From the NCBI GenBank assembly GCA_030141605.1, contig JAQGDQ010000332.1, positions 186,001 to 250,000 of the forward strand: a stretch of 64,000 nucleotides of DNA. Reading direction: 5' to 3'. Position 1 is the stretch's first letter, and the number at the start of each line of letters is the position of its first letter. Under the pieces are notes generated by a model that saw nothing but the letters and a program-made list of their open reading frames with translations, made no database searches and was not told the origin of the DNA. The position numbers and the translations under genes are program-made. Below are positions 59,112 through 64,000 of the stretch, piece by piece. The stretch is from Tubiluchus corallicola (taxonomy: Eukaryota > Animalia > Priapulida).

Positions 59112-59806
59112 ATCACTTTGTCTTAGACATAACTCTCCACTAAAGGGATCCGTTTATCTGTGACAGTTTGTCAGAGACGGTACCTTTGGATGCCAAATTG
59201 ACGAAGAAACTATTTTGTTCTACATATTCCTCATGAAGCGAGCATGTGCTGCCCATTTGCAGACATTTAAATGGGCCTATTATTCGACTACGAAAACTAA
59301 AATTAATTGCTAATGTTCCAACACTAGTCAAAAATTCACAACCATATACACATTAACACTAACAGTTGTTATGCGATGGTAACTATAGATTGAAATTTTG
59401 CTTAGGTTATTTTAATTACTTACTTTATCGCTTGCAACATTATTTTAGCTCGCTTCATAGACGAATTTTTGGTTACTTAGTGCTTTTATTAATTAGTATT
59501 AATCATTAATTAAACTTTGTGAACTGGAACGTTCTCACTGACAGAATTCTTAATGATTCAGGTTCTCGTTGATAGAATTACTTGGTTAAGCAAACCTAGT
59601 GCTTTGTAGATCACATATCATTATAGTAGTATATTTTTCTTAAGTTTAACTTCTGTTTTTCTTTCTCTTTGCATATTGCACCTCCAGATAGCTGTACAGC
59701 TTCAGCTTGTGTATGTGTCGGACCTTTCTCATCCACGATTGTTTCATCTGGTTGTAAAATGTAGAAATATTAATTCCATCTTTAAAAAGTTGTCGTTGTA
59801 TTACAG

Positions 59807-59991
59807 ACCCTGCAGCTGGAAGATCAGATGACTATGCCAAATTAACCCGAAACATTGAATACGCTTACACGTGGGAACTGCGCCCATCTTCGTATTATGA
59901 AGGAGGGTTTACATTAAGTACAAAGTATATTCAACCAACTGGTAGAGAAGTGGCAGCTGGGTTAGAAGCTTTGGTTGATGAAGTATTTTGA
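59807..59991 (+). CDS. Duplicated alternative terminal coding exon of the carboxypeptidase (isoform B)
   Basis: Acceptor TTACAG|; same phase (1) and same length (185 nt) as exon 58122-58306; open to TGA at 59989-59991. Encodes YPAAGRSDDYAKLTRNIEYAYTWELRPSSYYEGGFTLSTKYIQPTGREVAAGLEALVDEVF (44/61 identical to exon A). ATTAAA at 60103. No copies of upstream exons were seen between the two. Confidence 0.85.
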
Positions 59992-60629
59992 AAATTAACG
60001 TGACAAGAGGTTATAATAATTATTGGTTATTCAACTAAACATGGTAATGGGTAACTTGGAAATACGTGACGGTTTTTGTTTATTCATTATGAAATGTTAG
60101 GTATTAAACGTGTGGTTGAAGTAAAAGTCGAGTTATACTTATTTTAGGCATTTTGTTTGAGAACCCCTGCATATGTGGAAAAATAGAATTGCGTGAACAA
60201 AACATAAAAATCTTTGTGAAAACTCGCTCAAAGAAGTTATCTTCTCTCTAATCGTCTCTCTCCCCTTCCCGTCTCTTGACCTATGCACCCACACTAATAG
60301 ACTGGATGTAAAAAACAAAACTACTATGACATTACGAAACCGCAATTAATTAAATTTTAATGCCAAACGTGAAAGATCGAAAATGTGAAAAAATGTCTTT
60401 CAAGTTTGACACCAAAATTTAATTAATTGTCAGTTTGTAACATTCTTAATAATAACCTTCACATTAAAATAATAATAAGTAACAAAACCTACTATGCACC
60501 CAATTTACCATAAAGAGTAAATTGTTTTATTCATTCTTTTCGTGATTCAGCTCCGCACACACTTCTGCTGACTAGGGCTGATTAGGGTTAGAAAGCACAT
60601 CGATATCTAGATTTTTAATAATTATTATT

Positions 60630-61279
60630 GTACCATTAGCGGCGATCCATATATCAAACAAAAGGTCTCGATCTAGTGTCGTGCCATTGGGGGTTTATTT
60701 TTCGAATCGGGCCCACGGGACGAACGGGGGGCGAAAAACCTCCAAAAATGGCCTGAGATCTGGAGAACGGGAATGGGCCATGGGTGGTGCTGGCTATAGA
60801 TAGATAGCCCGTTCGGCGGTGGGTGTCATAGGCATATTTAGAATTTGCGAGAGGGCGTCCCGTAACGGGTGTTTTCCCGGACCCAACTCCGGATTTTTTC
60901 GAAATTTTGACCAAACAGCCTGCACAAAAACGTTTTAGCGGCGCCTGGTGGGACTCTCGGAAGGAGATATATAGCTCTTTAGAAAGAGGAAGAACAGGGC
61001 TACACGGTGATGTGGGCTATATTTTATGGCACGTCCACCAAAAGGAGTGACGACGAGTTAATTAGATGTTCTATTTTTGGCAATTTTCGCTTGGAAAACT
61101 GCTAACGCAAAGCCATTGTTTTGACGTCATCCATTATACTCTGTCTTTAATCTTATAACTTTAATTCAGTAAAAGCTGCTACTGGCTTTGCGTTACAAAT
61201 GAGGACTACGTAGGATGTTCGCGTATTATTGATTATACGTGTATTTATACGCAAAATCTTTTGCGGGGCCTTTGCTAGT
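60630..61279 (+). mobile_element. GC-rich Helitron/Helentron-like interspersed element
   Basis: Sharp local rise in GC and CpG. The 3' end is hairpin GCAAAATCTTTTGC followed by GGGGCCTTTGCTAGT, then (AAT)n. The 5' boundary is approximate. Confidence 0.5.
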
Positions 61280-62219
61280 GATGATAATAATAATAATAAT
61301 AATTATAATAATAACAATAATAAGCTTGCTTTGGCAAAATTTATATTATTTAGAAAAATCAATTGACGTTTTGGGATATAGCCAGAACAGTATTTGCGCG
61401 ACGGCTTGACGTTCCACTGATAAAATGTCGTCATTATAGCGTCTTTCCCTTCTGCCAAGCTGCTATGGTCATTTGAAGCCATCCGAAGTCAATCTCCAAC
61501 TCCACCTTTACAATAATATTACAATAAGCACTTCCGTTATGAGGCGAACGGACGATGCAGAATCTAATGCAGATGCTGTAACATAACGAAATTTTGGTCT
61601 AAGGACTTCAAAAACAAAATATGTAAATCGTTTTTAAACTCTACGGAGATCGTTACATAAGTAATTGTTTATAGGCAATGTTCAAGCACCAAATAGAAAT
61701 TAACGCAAAACAGCACTGGATTACTATAAAGAAATCAACACTTTTGTAGGTTTATTGAAATTAAAGCTGCGTTCAAATCACAAAATTCAAAAGATGTAAA
61801 TGACAGTGAATGACAATGACAATAATAGCAAAGTAACGCTCTTAATACACTGACAAAAACGGTTTTCTAATCAGCATTATAAATTATGAGCAATATACAG
61901 GGTGTACCCAAAGTAAAACCCCACTCCCAAGGTAATGATGGGAATAATAAGAAGGCAAGTTAGGGGGGGCGCCTTAGACTGTAGTTCACCAGTAGGCCAT
62001 ACTTCACTTCAAGAAGTTAATGATCAGCGTGTGGTAAACAGTAAATGTTCATCCACGGATTAGAAAATGTAGTAATGATACGTCTTACCGACAACTTCGG
62101 TTCTGTACAGAAAAAGTCTGACTCTGCATACATCAACACTATGGCAAATGACAGTCTGTTTCATACCAAAATACGGATTTGCGCCTCAGATTCACGTGTA
62201 TAATTGAGTTTGACAGTGG

Positions 62220-62440
62220 GTCTAGTCTACCAACATCACCAGCTACAGCTACACCAAGCTAACCATTGTCGGCTCCAAAAACACTTATGTTGTTACCAAC
62301 ATCTATTCACTGCCTTTTATTAACACGGCTGCTTTTAACATCCAAACGTAAGCATCTCTCTACCTGAACTAACTTTTCAAGGTCACCTGTTCTGGCTTCT
62401 ACTCATTATACATGCGCTGTCAAGGTGTATGGCATAACTA
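62220..62440 (+). mobile_element. Possible decayed LINE endonuclease fragment
   Basis: One frame reads YTKLTIVGSKNTYVVTNIYSLP (cf. APE ..V.NIY.PP), followed by stops. Confidence 0.3.
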
Positions 62441-63533
62441 AAATTACATCTCCATGCAAAACAAGTGAAGTTTATTCGAGAATACACATATCTTGGTGTC
62501 AATGTATTGAACATTCATCCATGATGATCTTTTGGTAATTGAATCACTAACAGGGAGTTAGTTGGTACAAAGGCGTTGAGCTACCTCCAACAACTAAATT
62601 GAACATGAATCTGCTTTCAGTTAGCTTAAATAAAAATTCAGGATAAGAAAGTAACAGCCATCTAGTGATACAAAAATGATACAAAAAATAATCAATGTAA
62701 ATAAGCAAATGACAGCAGACACATCACATCCAAAATCTTACAGATGCATCCGAATATTATTAAGATATCGCTTCAGTTTCTCACCTTAGATGACTATCCT
62801 TGATAATGAGATGTCGCTACAATCACATGCATACTGGAGCCCTGCTTACGTAGTACCAATTGAAGAAAGAGGTTATATTCCTTTAGTTTCTGGACAGAAA
62901 TTACGACTAAAATAAGAATTTATATTTATAGTTTTTATACTTATATTACAGTTTATCGAAATTTGTTTCTTTTTCCTTATTGCGGGAGTTTTCATTACGT
63001 AAACTACCGGCTCAACTCACTCACTAACCCACCAAAGTTGAACACAACAACTTTTCCCAAAACAAGTTTTATATTATTTAAACACAAACTGAACTTTGAA
63101 AAATCAATAACGGCCTTGCAATCACGTGTCTTAAATATACTGCGTACAATAGATGTACAGAGATGTGTTCTATATAAAGAAAGTTCTTATGCAAAAATAT
63201 CAAATATATATTCTGCTGACTACCTAGAACACTAAGCCAAATTGTTTATCACAGCTGAAGACTACACAATATTGAGATGAATTCGTTTTTAATACTTTTT
63301 GCTGCATGTGCTTTTACTGCAGCTGGAAAGCAGATTCGTTACGACGGGTAAGTGCTTTTATCACTTATTTTCGGGATGTTTTCGGGATATGAGTTACTAT
63401 TCACACCGTGTAAGGAGCACACCGTGTAAGGATTATAATATACACGTTATGGATTATGGCTTGTTCTTTACGCCTTTCTTTGTGTGACACGGGCCTTAAT
63501 TACCTGCCGTTTTATATCATTTCGTATTGATAG

Positions 63534-63998
63534 GCATTTCCGTATTGGCTACTATTCGTTATTGGTCGTAACGGCAAAAAGTTCAGATATGCTGTTGACG
63601 TACATTTATTTAAAATTACTGGCGTTTTGTGTCATACCTACGAAAGTACTTAAGGCTGTGTGATAAGTTATATACATGTTATCACTTATCAGTTCGTGTA
63701 GAAGTGTTTTTCTGATGGCGCCAATAAAAGAATGTCATTTCAGGCCTTTAGGTCGTTGGAAAAAATCTGCTATTTTTGTTCTACTCTGTATTCTCAGCCT
63801 ATTGATAAACTGTAATTACAATAACACATCTACGCAGATTGATAAGTGATAACACGTACATAACTTATTATACAACCTGAAGTACTTTCGTAGGTACGAC
63901 ACAAAACTCCAATAATTTTAAATAAATGTACCTCAAACAGTACATCTGATCTTTTTGCCGTTACGGCCATTTACGCATCGTAGCCAATACGAAAATGC
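63534..63998. mobile_element. Long imperfect inverted repeat (arms ~175 bp, spacer ~110 bp), MITE/foldback-like; may run past the window end
   Basis: The left arm (GCATTTCCGTATTGGCTAC..CGTAACGGCAAAAAG..TACATTTATTTAAAATTA..CCTACGAAAGTACTT..TGTTATCACTTATCA) is mirrored by the right arm (TGATAAGTGATAACA..AAGTACTTTCGTAGG..TAATTTTAAATAAATGTA..CTTTTTGCCGTTACG..GTAGCCAATACGAAAATGC). Confidence 0.85.
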
Positions 63999-64000
63999 GT

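Noticed and set aside
59140-59760. Short minus-strand ORFs between the duplicated exons; also searched here for a duplicate penultimate exon
   Set aside because: No recognisable motifs and no similarity to exon 57453-57534.
61896-61925. TACAGGGTGT Tc1/mariner-like end (also at ~17155)
   Set aside because: No matching inverted partner found nearby.

Overview
AT-rich, intron-rich animal (invertebrate-type) genomic DNA, so most ORF-track hits are exon pieces or microsatellite artefacts. By hand-splicing with phase checks I can build five protein-coding genes. (1) The 3' 12 exons of a GABA-B-receptor-like class C GPCR (+, <1-15817), including one GC-AG intron. (2) A complete 7-exon, 529-aa DEG/ENaC channel of the ASIC-like branch (-, 28210-18552) with a ~80-aa highly charged extracellular insertion. 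(3) A small single-pass membrane protein (+, 31396-36859) whose ectodomain matches only the 4-Cys 'mini-IGFBP' subdomain; its intron holds an antisense ORF with loose insulin-like features. (4) An MS4A/CD20-like four-TM protein with an intronless CDS and a PPxY tail (-, 41352-40573). (5) An 11-exon, 406-aa M14A procarboxypeptidase (+, 46442-58306) followed by a second intact, same-phase copy of its last exon (59807-59991). That exon carries Tyr248, Glu270 and the S1' pocket, and the two copies differ at pocket position 253 (Gly vs Arg), which suggests a splice-switchable enzyme. The rest is introns and intergenic DNA with microsatellites, decayed LINEs, Helitron-like elements and foldback/MITE-like elements. 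All homology calls come from recalled motifs; no searches were run.
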